From assembly GCA_001244265.2 (NCBI GenBank), contig CDLV01000010.1, positions 620,001 through 684,000 on the forward strand: DNA of 64,000 nt, written 5' to 3'. The number at the start of each line of letters is the position of its first letter. Position 1 is the stretch's first letter. Below the pieces are notes generated by a model, which worked only from the letters and a program-made list of their open reading frames with translations, had not been told where the DNA came from and ran no database searches. Position numbers and translations under genes: made by a program. This document shows positions 25,566 through 39,854 of the stretch, piece after piece. The stretch comes from Microbotryum violaceum (taxonomy: Eukaryota).

Positions 25566-28500
25566 TTACAAAAAGGGTTGCCAGCCCTGGAAAATCCTCG
25601 ACAAGTTGGCCGGGTCCGTCGCCTCCTGGATGAGCTCGTTGACAGTATAGGCCACACTCAGACGATCATCAAGTTTTTGCGCGACCACGGCTAAGGCTCG
25701 ATCGGCATCGTCGGGTAGGCTTCCGAGTAGAGCACCGTCGATTTCGTCGGATTGCTGGATATGCTTGGCCACTTCGGCTGACACGGCCCTGAGTTCGAAG
25801 AGGCAGAAAGCAAATCAGCACGTTGCCAAATACGACAGGTCCAGGAGCGAAGCGTTGGTCGCTAACCATCTTTGAAGCGGATCATGCTTCAACACCTCGA
25901 GGACGGTTAGGAGCACGTTCGACTGCAAGCGCAGCACTCGGAGCGTCTCCTCAGAACAGCGGCGGAAAACGCCATCCACGCCACTCATCCCCAGACCATC
26001 GACGATGTTCTGCGTCAATCGGAAGGGGACCGTTTCCGGGATCGGAAGTCGTTTGCCCTGATGCGGAGGTGGCATAGAGGGGTCAGATCCTTTCTTCCGG
26101 CTGGATCGCAAGGGTTCAGGCTCACCTGGTCGAATGCGATGCCGAGGTCGATGGTGACAATCTCGCCACGGACTTTGTCCATGAGCAAATTCGAGCAATG
26201 CCGATCCCCAAGACCGACAATGTAGCCTATGATCGAGGTGGTGGCGACACTGCGCGAGTAGTTGAGTCGGTACTCGAACCATAGCGACGGTACCTTGTGG
26301 TGCTCAAGAAAGACGTGACGCATCATGGGTGGAATGCGGGGCAGGACTTCGCGGAATTTGGCGGCGAGCTGGTCGTTGATCTCTGGAGGAGCAGCACATC
26401 GCATGTAGGCCTTGCCCCGCACCGTCGCCAGTTCATTACTCCCTTCGCGAGGGGTAATCATGCCTGGGTCGCGTTTTTGACGCAATCTGCTCCATGAGTG
26501 AAGTGCATTAGTAGAACTTTTCATTTCGAAGCCGGTTCAACAAGGAATTCACCGATCATAGTACTGTTCAAGCTTGGTCTTCAGTAGCTCGGTGTTGGCC
26601 ACAAATTCGATCAAGCCCGTCGCGTTCTGAAGCGGTACGACCTTGTACGTCCTAATGAGGAGCTTACGCCGGCGAGTGGCTTCGTCACGTTTGAGGATGT
26701 TATTGCAGAGAGCGAACACCTGCTCCATGACGGCGTCTTGGCGAATATCATCATTGCCCTTGAGGAGCTGCTTGAACTCCTTCCCATCCGAACCAATGCA
26801 TTTGACGATCTTGGGCAAGTTGATTCCTCCCGCAGTCGTGAACGTTGGTGAATACCTTTGAATCGTCGGAAACGTACCCGGATCGTATCTGCAAGTAGGA
26901 TCCACAGCGAGTGGGAACGTGGTCACTGGGATCGGGAGATCGACCACCTTGGTGAGGATCCGACAGGATTTGCTGATTGGCAAGTGGCCCGGTTTGACCC
27001 TTCCCCCGCTCGTTGCGGAGTTGACCCAATACGTAGAGCTGTCCCGCAATGGAAAGTCCGCCCATTCGCGATAGGCATCGCACACCGTTGCGATCGCGTC
27101 CGCCTTGGCTTTGGTGTGGGGCAAGCGTCTGACCTTATCAAACACGTCCTCAGCCGCCTGAGCCCGACTTGAGAAGGAGCTTTGATCATTTGAGACCGCT
27201 GACCCACGACGTGAACGTCCAGAAGCCATGGGGGCCTGAGACGCCCTCAAGTCCCGCAAGGTGTTGACGGCATAGAGACAATGAAATGGGTGATCGACGC
27301 AAAGTCGAAGCACGAGTGACGAGATGTTGGACCCGAAAGACGAGACCTCCGTTGTCGAGTGAACAAGCCGAGCCGATAGTTGGTGAACGAGGAAGACGAA
27401 TTTGTGCGATGGAATGAGCTTCAAAAGTGGGGTGATGAATCGATTAAGCTCGACGTCATTGTCGCAAGGGAGCCAGAGCGCGCAGAACCGAAGAACGCCG
27501 TCGTCAAATTCATCGGATCCCGCCAAGGACTTTGCGTAATTGTCGAGCGCGAGTCGGTGCATGTCGGCAGTGGCCTTAAGATCCTCCTCGAGCTGATGCT
27601 TGTCCTCCGACAGTGTTTGCTCTCCTGTCTTGCGAGCATTCCGGAGTGCTGCGCTGCTCGGCCCGCTGCTGCCACCACCACCGTTGAGCTGCCGATCAAT
27701 GTGCTCAAATTCGTGATTTTTGCTCTGCTCGAACAACGAAAACCGGTGACGTCGATCCTTCGTCGCAAGCAGCATTTCTTGGTATTGACGATCGGCAAAG
27801 TTGGCGAAGGCGTGGTAAACCTGAGCTTTCTCGGTTACCGGGTACGACTCGTCGAGGAGGTTGACAGCGGGCTTGAATAAATCGTCGAGGATCTCTCTTG
27901 AGCTCTTGAGACGAGCTTCCATCGTCCATCGGGCCTGACATCAAGAAATCGCATCTGTCCGTGTTAGCGCGCGGCGGAAGAGAATCTCAATTGATTGCTT
28001 ACTAGCGTGGCACGGATGATTGCTACCTTTGCCGGGCGATGGTTGCTGACCGACTCGAGCAGTGAGATGGCGGTACTGTGTTCGCCCAGGGCCCAGAGTA
28101 CCATGGCGAGCTCTTGATCAACGGTCTCGGTTTTCCGTTTCGATTCGACAAGCCTCGAAGCCACAGTCACGGCGTTGAGCGATGCTTGTAGATGCCCGCT
28201 AGTTCTAGACACGGCACTCAGTTTGAGTAAACAAGCTCGCTCCGCCTGTGTGACCTCGCGCCACAAGTTGCTGCGAAACTCGTCACCGACAGAGTTGGCC
28301 TCCTCCATCTTGCGCATGGCTCGTAGCAGACTGATGCGGGTCGACAGCACCTTTTCGGCATTGTGTAGTCTGCGCAGATGTGTTTAGCAGATTATCAGTT
28401 ATTGAAGTGGAAGCAGAAGCAGTCCACTTATGACAAACACACGAGAAGGTGGAGGACAAGCAAGCCAACTCCTGTGCGCGGCCGGGGCCAAGTCGATCTG

Positions 28501-31500
28501 CGCTCTGCAAAAATGAAGCAGCTTTCACCTCACGCAGGGCGAGAATAGTCGAAATCGCCTCTAACTTTGGCTGAGGCTGATCCAAAGTGACGCAAGAGAG
28601 CTTTCTCACTTCCCGCTCCAACGAGCTTGTCGCCGTCGAATTCACGACCTTGTCGTCATGGCCCGTGTGGATCGCTCGGAGGGTAGAGAACAGAGCGGCC
28701 TGAGAGGTCGAAGTCAATTTGCGGTCGACCGGGAGATCCCACGTGTCGGTCTTCCACGCCAGCTCATATGACAGGGTGGTCGATGGGTCCGATGTGCTCG
28801 CCGGAGTGCCATCGGACGCTTGTGGTTGCCAGAGGCACAAGGTGAGCCGGTTGAAACCGAACGAGGAAAGTGAGTCGAGTACTCCCCTCGAGACCGAGCT
28901 GCCGTGACCAGCATTGGCCTCGTATATGGCGCCGTGAAGGGCGAAAGCTTCGCGCCAGCGGTTCTCGTGGCGGTATCTTCGCTCGAGCGCAACCACAACA
29001 TCCTCGGATTGCCGACCATAGAAGCCATCTGGCTCGTCAATCTCGGAGTAGATGCCGTAAAGGAGCGATTGCCCGCGTGAGTCGAGCCGGGTGTCGCGCC
29101 TCTGGAAGAGCTGGTCATATTCGTGAGCAAGTTCGAGCAGTAGAAGCGCGTTGAAATGTTGACCTGTGCGGGCCGCACTCTCGGCAAGAAGAATCCAAGG
29201 AACCTCGAGCCAGCGGTCGAATCGCGCCAGAGACAAGGGTCCGAGGTCTGGCCGAGGATGGCGCCGTAGGAAGACGGCGACGGTGACCACCAACGAGACG
29301 CAACGTTCGTCCGTGGTTCGATCGCTGAGCACGTGCTTCATATACACCGACAGCTGTTCTCGAGGCTTTCCATCTCCGTGCTGAATGCTCTGGATCAACA
29401 CGGACAGCATCAACGAAGGGAGAATCTGCGCAGCAAATTCGGCATCTACCGAAAGCAAAGGCGCGAGCTGGGCGTAAAACGCCTCGTTGATGCCTCGAAT
29501 ATCAGCGAGAAGTGTGGAAAATTCCTTGATCCAAGGCTCAAAGTCGTGTGCCGCGTGAAGCCACATATCCGTATCAAGCTCGGCCAGATGCCGCGCATCG
29601 ACTGCCCGCGAACGATGCGGCTGAGTCACGGCTGAGTCTGACAGGGTGGCAACGAGTGAACCGGCGTGACTCGACGATTCTGCCGCTGACACTAGCTCAG
29701 AAGAGGATGGGACGCTGAGGAGCGCTCTCGCCACGCCGATCGATAGAACGGCGAGTTCAACTGAGCTTGTTCCGTCGGCCTGCGTGGTGCGCATGACCTC
29801 GGATAGGATTCGTGAGCGGACGCCGGCGTCATTCAAGATGGGCTCGTCGTGCAAGCCTACTTCAGCACAGTCGGCGGGGGCGATCTTGTCCAAGCCTGGC
29901 GCGTCGGCTTCACCCGAGCATTGAAACAAGAGGTCGGCCAACGCGGCGCAGTCCGTCGTCGTGGGCACATGCGCTGGCTTGAACGAGCGCAACAAACGCC
30001 ATAGAATCTGACCTCGCTCGGGACAAGTAGAAAAATCGGGTCGATCTGCGAGCGCTTGAGCGATCGAGAACTTGCTGATCGTGGTCGTAGAATGGCAGAG
30101 CACAGCGCCGATGGCTTCCAGAGACATGCGATCCACCTCGACCAGATGAGTCGGCCACAGTAAACACGCTTCGTTGGCGCCGGCCGCATGGTGTTCGGAG
30201 AGTGCTTCCAAGACGCGAAGAAGCAACGTCGAGAGAATATCACAACCTTTGAGAGCCTCCTCGGTCGCAGTGCCCGAACTTCGAACTCGATGGCAGGCGT
30301 GGGCCGTCCTGTAGAGGACGAGCGAGCATCAGCTTGCTGTCAACTTCAGAATCGAAAGGCGGCGCCTACCTGGTAACAACGGCACTGAGGGCGGATCCAG
30401 CAGACTTGACGCTTTTTGCGTTCCCAATCCATTGGGACAAACACCAGCCGATGATCTTTGAAACGGCGCTGAGGAGCTCCGGGCGCGTCAAGAGATCCAC
30501 GAGGGCGTTGATTACTGCGTCTAGGATCTGTGGATCCCTCGCCGCGCGACGACCAAAGGCGAGAGCGAGAGCGAGGCTAATGAGAAGCGCCCGCTGCAAG
30601 TCTACGAATGGCGCGCGATGAACTCGGGCCAAAAGATTGTGCACAAGCAGGAACATCGAGGCTTGCCTAGTGAAGCAATGACACTGCTTCTCGAACCACC
30701 TCGTCGTGGTCACGATGTCGACAAATTGATAGTGGGGTGGCGGCGCCTCGACCAAATGGATTTCAGTGTCCGATAGCCCGACGAGTTGTTTGAACGTCGC
30801 GCACATATTCTTGTCTACAGGCCCGAGCACATGGTCGACCAAGTCTTGCGTCCAAATTGGCTCGTACATCTCAGCCAAGATTTGTGCCACGATCTCGTCC
30901 GAGACCGACAGAACGAGCTTTTCGACTTGGTGATCGTCCTCGGCACCCGTCTCGCGCGCCAGAGCCCGGATGAGCGCCAGAGCTCCATCCATCGCACCGA
31001 CAGGGTTCCGATTATCGGGGGGGATCTGCTGGACAGCGTATCGTAAAGCGAGCAGCGCGATGGTCTGCGGGAAGCAATCCAGCACGACCTCGCCTCGCGG
31101 TTTTTGCAACACGTCGCAAAGCGTGTCAAAGGGTTCGGCGCCGTCGGGGAGGACGAGAAGAAGACCCGCAATCTGTTGGTAGTCGGCTTTGCGAGCTTCG
31201 CGTAAACTCGGGTATCCAGCGACGGAATATGCGAGCGAGCCTACATTCCCAAGGCGCCCCTGCTTGTCGAGCATGTAGACGTTGTATCGCGCGTAGAGCT
31301 GGTAGAGGTCACGCAAACCCCCTAGACCCATCTTCTTGGCGGCACCGGCTAATGTCGCAACAATGGGAGGCAGCAACTTCGGCGCTTCCGAGGCCTGTTG
31401 CAGGAACAGAGGATACGGCGCCCTTCGTCTCGACGCTGCGACAATCATGATGTTGGCCTGAGACAGGATTTGCGTTAGAACACGTTCCGTCTCCGCCATG

Positions 31501-34500
31501 TTGATCTCGAGCGTGCTGCGGATGTCGGCAAAAAGAGGATCGTCGGCCAATCCGTTCTCGCGCATAAAGGTGAAGAGTGCCGGTGCCGAGGTGGCCGCGC
31601 GGAAGCGCACTCGGAAGTCCTCGTCGGCCAGCAGGGAGGGGATGATTGCCGTCGGGAGAATGACCAAACCGTCACCCGAGCGCTTGGCGTACCCTCCGTG
31701 ATCCCACTGCAGTTGCGTCCGGTCGAGAGAGAGGTACAGGTCGAGGAACGCAAGGAAGCGCAAACGAACGCGCCACGAGGATAGAACTTGTCGGTAGAGG
31801 TTGGCCGTGTACCAGGAACAAAGCATCCGAGCGCGGGATCCGAAGGCTTCGGCCGCGTCGCCGTCCTCAGCAAGGACCCATGTCGGTGCGGTGCATTCCA
31901 GGAACTTGAGCCCGAGGAGAGCGAACCTTTCGTCTCGCGCGAACTGGTAGTTGGACAAGAGCTCTTCGCCGAGATACTGCAAAACTCGTTCCGCGTGCGA
32001 TAGACTCAAATCGATCACACCGACACGAACAGCGTTGAGCACCTGTTCGGCAATGGTGATAGCGTCCTCGCCCGGGGCATTGACGATCGCCTCAATCAGG
32101 CTGTTGACACGCACCGATCCTGCACTGCCAGTCATGGCCATCACGGCCGATACGAGGCCTTTAATACATCCTCGCATACAGGCCCTCCCAAAACGGCTTG
32201 TACTTGATGGACCAAGAATCGCCTTGGCTTGCTTCGCGATCCTGACCTCGCCAAAATCGTCCTCACGCTGCGACTGTGCGATGCCCCGAAGACGTTGGGA
32301 AGCCTGCGTTGCCGATAGGGCCTGAGTCGAGTGCTGAGTGGCTTGACTCGAGCTGCCTTCCGTGAAGGATACGATCCCAGTCACCAAAATGTGAAAGACA
32401 GACGCGATCTCGCCAAGCGCGACGCGGACCATCTCGTTGGACCACATGTGGCGCAAAAACCGAAAATCGAACGAAGTAAAGTCGATATCGAGAGACTCCG
32501 CCGATCGGGAAGGGGTGAGGTGTGAAGCGATACCACTCGCAGGACCGGGATCCAGCAGTACCCGATATTCAATTGCGGGATCTTCGTCGAGCGGGATGAA
32601 CAGACCGTCGAGCGCAGTAAGCAAAAGCGATCGCTCATGTGGGCGCCACTTGGCGTTGCCAAGCGAAGGCGCGAGATGCTCGAGGATCCTCGTCGAAGAT
32701 CGAACCGTCGCCCTGTTGGGGGCGATCGACTTTGATAGCGAAAAAAGCGATTCGACATTCAGAGCGAATGTCGCGAAATCGAGGTACCGCCACGCGAGAT
32801 CAAAGTCCATGGAATCCCAAAACTGGCTCGACCCTTGCTCCGTCTCGGTCTGAATATGGGCCATCGATTTCTGCAGCCATGAAGATATGCGACGCTCCGT
32901 TCTGAGCTCCTGAACGTCCAAAACCACGCCACCGTCACACGATGCCGACACATCTGATGGAATCTGCACGCGTCTCTTCGTTGATTCCTCGGTCGAGATG
33001 GCAACTTTGGCACCGATGAAGTCTCTGATGACGGCCGTCTCGCAGTGCTCGATGACCATGGATGCGATGGCACAATCGGGTATTACAACCTCGCTGTCAA
33101 GACTCGGAAACTCGCCGATGTCGCATAGACGGGCAATGAGCGATACGAGTGCCGATAGCGAGAAGGGATCCGAGCGTAGCCTTGATTGACCAAAGGTGTG
33201 ACCGCGAGAAAATCCTTCGAACGGCTTCCATGCGGTCACGAGCCACGTTAGAACCCTTTCAGGTAACCGCAGTCGATAAAGTCGAGTGTCGGTCGTCGAA
33301 AGGGCTAGACACCACCTCAGAAAGGCGCAGACGGCATCGCTTGGAAATCTTGGTCCGATGACGTCAAGGTCTTTGGTAAAGCTCTCGAGAGTTGTCGAGA
33401 CGAGCATTCGTGCCACGCGGTCATATGCCAGTAATGTGTTGCACAGATGTGCCGAACAGCGACCCACGTCAGCCGAAGAAAGATTTCTGATGGCAAGTGA
33501 CCAAACTGAATCCCAGAGAGTCGGTGCTGCCGACTTGCGCTTGACAGGCGACGCGTGGGCTGGCATCTGCTCGATCGGAGCATCGATCGCTGCGGCGGCG
33601 GCGAGTGCAAGGATCGCCCACGTGCGCACATCGCTGTCTTTATGCGATACGAGGGAGCCTAATGCCGTGACCATGCGTCGATGCGTGCACGCGTTCAACA
33701 GCCCCGGATGCTTTTCGATGAAGAACATCGCCAACTGTGCTCGAAAGGCGAGGGCAGCGGAAGGCTCGCGGACGTCTTCGAGTGAGTCGATCAAGCAGCT
33801 CAGTGGCTCTTCCACCTAGTGAATTTCATAAACAAAAGTGTCAGTGTGGCACACGTTTGAAACTTTTTTTCGTACTAGTGAGTCGACTGACCCGTCGTCG
33901 TTTACCGTTGCGACTCGGAGTGGCCACAGGTTGGTCAGAGCCGGCAGCATCCACGTCGAAGATCTTGGCCAACGCATCAGCACCAAGCTCGAGCACCGCC
34001 CAGGCGTTGGCATCCTTATCCGTGAAGCCATGTCCGAGTTGAATAGTGCGGGCTTTGAATGGCCTCGCCGGCGAGGATGTATCGAGCGAAAGGTCACCCA
34101 CCGCGAGTCGGAGGTGGTCAACATTGAGCCGAAAGAGTTCACGAGTCCGAATGGTCGGTTCCGTCAGCACGGACTCATACAGCGCCGTGACGCGAGATTG
34201 GTGCGATCCTCGATCGCCGCGAAGGACAAAGGGCAACAGTTGCCTCAAGGCCATGACAACTTGTTCCTTGACCGTATTGTTCTTCGTTGCCCAGAGGGAC
34301 AAGACTGGGCACCATAGCTTTACGCCCAGACGGCCCATCATCAACTGGTCATTGAGATCCAGCTCGGCGAATGCCCGATTGAGCGCGATGAGGGCTGATT
34401 CATGCGCCGTCGTCTCGTGCGGATACTGACGGAACAGACGAGCGAATTTGACGAAAATAACCTGGGCATAAAGGAGAAAGGGAGCCGACCTCGACCGGAA

Positions 34501-35259
34501 CAAGGTCTCAATACATCCAACAAGTTCGATCTCTAGCGCGGTAGCGGCCTTTCGAGTCGAGGTCGGTACCGATGACCCCGTGTCGTCGTCATCGTCATAA
34601 TCGTTCACGTCCACGACCATCCGTCCGCCGCCGATTCCTCGCCGCCGATGTCGAACATGACTCGATCCTAGGAGATGATCGTCACTCTCTTCGCCATCGT
34701 CATCGAAGCCGTCTCCAGTGACCCCAATCGCCGCTTCGTCGGTTAACTTTTGACCAGGACGCACCTTGTCGCCGAGCACCACGGAGAAGCAAATCATAAC
34801 GACTTCGGCCCATTTATCCTTGCCGAGATGCTCAACGTGGGCCTGGTTTCCCAGCAGCAATTTCAGCGCCTTGGAGTACGCCAACATGAAGCTCTGCTGT
34901 TGGCCTTGGGGCACAGACGCAATCATCTGCGTTAAATGCTCTAGCAAACTCTTGACGCCCTTCTTGGGCAGCTTGGTCGAGACTTTGTCGGCGAACCAAG
35001 CGACGAGCATGGCCGCATCCTCGAGACGTTTTTCGCCGATGGACGTGGGTTTGACGACAACAACGTTGTGTTCCTTGATGACGAGGCCGAACAAGCGTTG
35101 CAAGCTGTCGGTCCACGAGTGGTTCGGGTGGGCATCAAGCGCGTTGAAGTTGGTGCGCGAGCCGAGGTAGCCGCGCACGAGCGAGACGCCCTCGACGCGA
35201 TCCTTGATCTTGTCCGACTCGATCAAAGTCAAGATGTTGTTCCACTCTCGAGTACTCAT
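25566..35259 (-). CDS. TEL1: ATM/Tel1 PIKK serine/threonine kinase, multi-exon
   Basis: N-terminal TAN motif (IESDKIKDR) and a FAT region. Kinase motifs [36 protein letters not shown] and [37 protein letters not shown]. Confidence 0.96.
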
Positions 35260-38200
35260 GGCTGGTAGAATCCACGGATCGCACGCGGCGCTGATGGGAA
35301 GATACACGTTATTTTGAGTCAGTGGAGGGCCTCGACGTGTGGGGGTGGGTAGAACTACGCAGGCGGTTCTGACCAACTCCGCAGGTATAGGGACAACAAT
35401 ACCATGACATTTACCGATTGAAGAGGTCTCTTAATGGAAAGAGTGCGTCTAGAGTCGATTCGGTGCGGTTGAAGAGAGGCGGACACGGTGGGCACCGCTG
35501 CTGGGATGAATCGTCGCAGACCGGCAGTTCGCACGTCAGCTCTGGACCTAGGTAGTGCACACTACACGTCCTGCTGCTGTAGGGGAGCTGACCGACGGGT
35601 ACTTGTCGACGGAATTGGCCTTGCCGAGCTGCGACGCCCCAGTGCCACCGCGCCCTCAGCTCGAGCAGCGATCAGATGTGACTGTCGACGAGCGAGATGT
35701 CAAAGCGAGCCAAGTGTGGTCGTCTGGAGGGGGAAGTCGTGCTGACGAGAGTGACTGGTCGCTGCGAATACGCAGGTTGGCCCGGGTCCAAGATTTTCAA
35801 TCCGTGCCATACACTGCCGCCCTCTAAGCCGAGCTCCCGCTTCAGCTTCAATCACGACGAGTGTCGAAGGAAAGACAACGCCCAACAAAAGGTGCCAAGT
35901 CGAGGCAGCTCGGGGTCAGCAAACTCTGCCGACCAGCGTGTTCTTGTGCTCGCTCGGATTCATCATACATAACCTACGAAGCACCAGGCTCCACGTAGGT
36001 GCGTCTCGGCTCTCTCGGCTCACAATTGCTCACGCCCCAATAAAACACCAGAACTTGACTCGATATTACATATGCACACAGGAACACTCGCTAATACCAA
36101 AACTTGGGGGCCAAGCACGTTGTACACTCACACGTCACACGACCGAAGCTGGGAAGGTGCAACGAAAGAACACCAACAAACCACACGTCGTCAGCCGCAT
36201 GATCAAGCAACAATGCCGTAGAACCCCCAACACATTGCCCCCCAAGATTCGGAACCAGGTTTCAGTCAATGGCCCTCTTGCGAGGGAAGGTAGCGAGATA
36301 ATGTTTCTGCAACAACCGTACGAGACACAACGCCGCATCCCATAATGACAACACTTCTTACACCCTTAGTCTCGGGGGCTGTACTCCACCACGCAAATCG
36401 TCGTCGATGTAAGAAATCGATTTCGGCAGGAACCAAGACGATGCACTGCTCAACCGACGCCCCTCTGCTCTCCCATCCCCAGCCACACCGAGCTCAGTTC
36501 CTTCGCCCGCGTGAATGCTCTCCCGGGCCACCGGCCACGTCCCTCGCTCGTTCCTTAACAAAAGAGTCAAGTAGTAGATGCAAAGAACCTGTCCTTTGAC
36601 TCGAGAGGACACACGAACGACAGAGAAGGAAGCATGCGAGCCCTGAAAGGACCGAAGACGTTGCGAACACAGGGGGGCAAGAAAAACAGCGCGTGTCCAT
36701 GAGCGGCTTCGCCTAGTCTCGTTCCTGCGCCGACAACGACCGCATCGTGGGACAGCGCATCCAAGCAGGCTGGGTCAGAGCATCGTCGAGACACGTCGTG
36801 GCATCCCTGGTCTAAAGCCAAATGCCTCGAAGCATCATGTGTGGTTCCTTGTCTTGGGGGGTAAGGGTAGGGGGAGGGCTCACGTGCCGCCCACTCGAGG
36901 ACACACATGGGCACTGACCAAGACATAAAACTTACCATGATTTGGGAATCCACATCCAGAAACCGCCACCAGGAATGCGCTATGGACGGGTGCGGCAGCG
37001 ACTTGGAGGGAACAGCCCGCGACATTGTCGGTGTGGGCAGAAGAAGGCCAACCCGTGGCTGCGAAGCTTCAGAGCTTCAGCGGCTTCAAATCGACTGGTG
37101 CAGACAGATCGGCAGGTCCATTTAGCCAGCCAAATGAACTCGTGCGCGCACGCGCGATAAGGCAGCTTTTCTGTTTTTTTGGCCCGGGGGGAGCTCGGTA
37201 GAGGGATGGTGTACCATTGCTCTTCCCTCCTCGCCCACCCCGGCACGGTGCACCTCTCTGGCCGTCCCACGAGCCTTGAAGCGAAAGCTTACTAGCTAAT
37301 CGATGTTAGCGTTAGCTTTATAGACAATTCCAATCTTCCTATACCAATGTTCCCAAGAGTCGAATTCGGAACCGAAATGCGACATAGCTGTTGTACCCAA
37401 TACCGCCTGCTGACGAGATGGAGGATACAAACCAAGTATGCACAGGTAAGACAGCTGCTGTATTGACCTTCTGCCCCCCCCCCCCCTCCCTCTAATTTTC
37501 TGCTTCTCTTCACTCACTACTTACTTCCCCCCCCCCACCTTTTTTTAAAAAAAAAATCGAATTCAACAACAGCAAAATTAAAGCATTACCTAACTAAAAA
37601 CCTTGGAAAAGTCGGAGAGAATGCAGTTGAGCACACTGGCTAGGTCAGCTTCGGAGCTTCGGATCTCGAAGATGGGAGTTTCCTTTTGCCGAGTCATATT
37701 GGGCCCTACTGGGTCTTAAGGGTATTAATGGTATTGGGAAAAAAAGCTGACTGGTCGCTTGCTGTTATTGAAGTGTAATAGATATAAAAAAATGTGGCGC
37801 ACGGTTCGCTCCCGCACTTTGACCTTGGCCCAAGCACATCGACGCGCCGACGCACACTGGGTTACTAAATGCTCCTCAAATTGAGTCGGACCAGGTTGAT
37901 GATTAGTCCCTCTTCTTGTTCATGTTCCTGTTTTTTTTCTTCTGCAAGGATCGATTGGGAGCGATCTTACACCTTGTCCAAACACGACCTCATCCCTGTC
38001 TCTCGCGCCTCGCATCTTAACCAATCGGATCATTTTGTGATAAGTTGTTCCGCATCTCTATAGTTGACAAAGCACGCAAGGGGACCACACCGGTGACATT
38101 TCCGGTAGGACATTTCAGGATTTGGGTGTGTAGCTCTTCATTCTTTCATCACCTGATTGTGTCCTATTCTCTGAAGTGCGTCTTGACTTCTGACAAACCG

Positions 38201-39520
38201 CACTTTTCACAATGCATGCATGACCAGGAACTTCTCGCTTGACCCTAAGCTGCGCACCCAACGCAGCATCGGACAGTGCAGTAGAAGGCTGTGGGCAAAT
38301 TGATGGGAAGTGCAATACAGAGGACGGCTGACAAATCTCAGATTTTGTCTTCCATGTGGAAACCCGAGTATTCAAGATGATTTCGATCGCAATGTTGACC
38401 ACCGGTGGATTTTCCCCGCGCCGGGTACCCTGACTCAAAAATCTAGTCACTTTCAGTGCCACTACAGTACGATCTGGTGATGACCCTCGTTCTTACAAAG
38501 ACGATTTCAAGCAAACAGAACCGAGGAGACCGATTGAGATACCACCAGAACTGTCATCTGCAAAGACTGCGCTGGTCGACAGTAGAAACAGTCGAAGGCC
38601 AGCAATAGCTCGCAGGCCACTCGTGCACTCTGATGCGAGGAATGGTAGAATATTACGAAGAACAACATCGTGATCCTGACTCAATGATGTTCTTTCAGGT
38701 GTATACACCCCACTTTTCTGTCCATAGCTAACTCTGAGCTTCTGCGTTTACGATGTAACAGTAGTACATGTACCGGTGAGAGCACGCAACGGATCGGGTC
38801 ACACGGCAGAGAGCACATGAAAGGCGCAGGTGTGATTGGCATCAAAGTCACCTGTTTCTCAGCACCGGGACAGACATTATTGGTGTATTGTCAAACTAAT
38901 TCCTCATTATCAGACTAGAATTAGTTCAACCATACACTATCATCCTGTCAGGGGTATTGAGTGCGTCGTCATGTATCTGAAATGTCGAGAGTCCAATGTC
39001 GACGCAAACGTACAACTGTCTTAGTGGCTGCGTGGCTTAAAGTGGCCAAGACAACACCATTGAAAAGCACCGAAAAACAGATCGAGTATAGGACCAGTTT
39101 AGCCTTCGTTCGAGTACACATTAGAGTGGGGGGGTAAACGGACTCTGATAATAAGCAATGCGCTCTCTGCTGAGATCTGAGGAAATCTCAACAAAGACCC
39201 GGCACGGACTTCGGGCATCTGACTCGCCTGACTGCGCACGCTATAAACACCAAACGCAATGGCGGAAGTTTAAAAGCGCACTCACTAAGCGCAGCCAAGA
39301 AGAATGCCCGCTTACCTTATCACCAGCAGCAGAGAGCTTTCCTCCTGGATCTCTAGCTGACCTGTTAGACCTCCCGCTGTCGGCACTACTGCTGGGCAGT
39401 AACCTTTTTAAGCGGGCTAGAGCGCATTTAAGCGATAGCCAACCCCTGCGAGCGTTGGTTGCCTCTCGGTCGTATGGTTGCCACTTTTTTGGCAGGCTTA
39501 ATTTGACCCGCATAGGTGGG

Positions 39521-39591
39521 TGCAGACTGGTGCAGACTGGCGCTAGCTGGTGCTTGAGGCCTTGAGGCCTTGAGGCCTTGAGCCTTGAGGG
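39521..39591. repeat. Short tandem repeats (TGCAGACTGG) x2 and (CTTGAGGC) x ~4-5
   Basis: Directly visible in the sequence. Confidence 0.8.
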
Positions 39592-39854
39592 CTCTCGAGG
39601 TGCTCGGCCGACACTCAGGAAAAATTGCACGAATGAGCAATGTCCCAAAATGCGGGGCAAACAGAGCTCTACTAAGATGGGATGCTGAACAAAATAGAGC
39701 CAAAAATTGTAACTATCGATGATGAAAACTCGTTGCGGTGCAGAAAGTGCTCTTATGGATATCAGCGCGGGCCACGCGCCTGGAATCGGATGACAATGCT
39801 GCTGCAGATGACCAGGGACAGCATCGCATTCAGAACTGGTGAGCACGGAAGCTT

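Noticed and set aside
10795-35170. Numerous antisense and alternate-frame ORFs overlapping the called genes
   Set aside because: These are expected shadow ORFs in GC-rich coding DNA, with no independent support.
35938-37140. Small gene upstream of TEL1
   Set aside because: Some splice-like signals are present, but no coherent ORF or recognisable motif.
37790-37890. Group II intron 5' end (GTGCG) after a cob-like peptide, or a tRNA T-arm (GGTTCGCTCC)
   Set aside because: The matches are too short, with no cloverleaf and no domain V.
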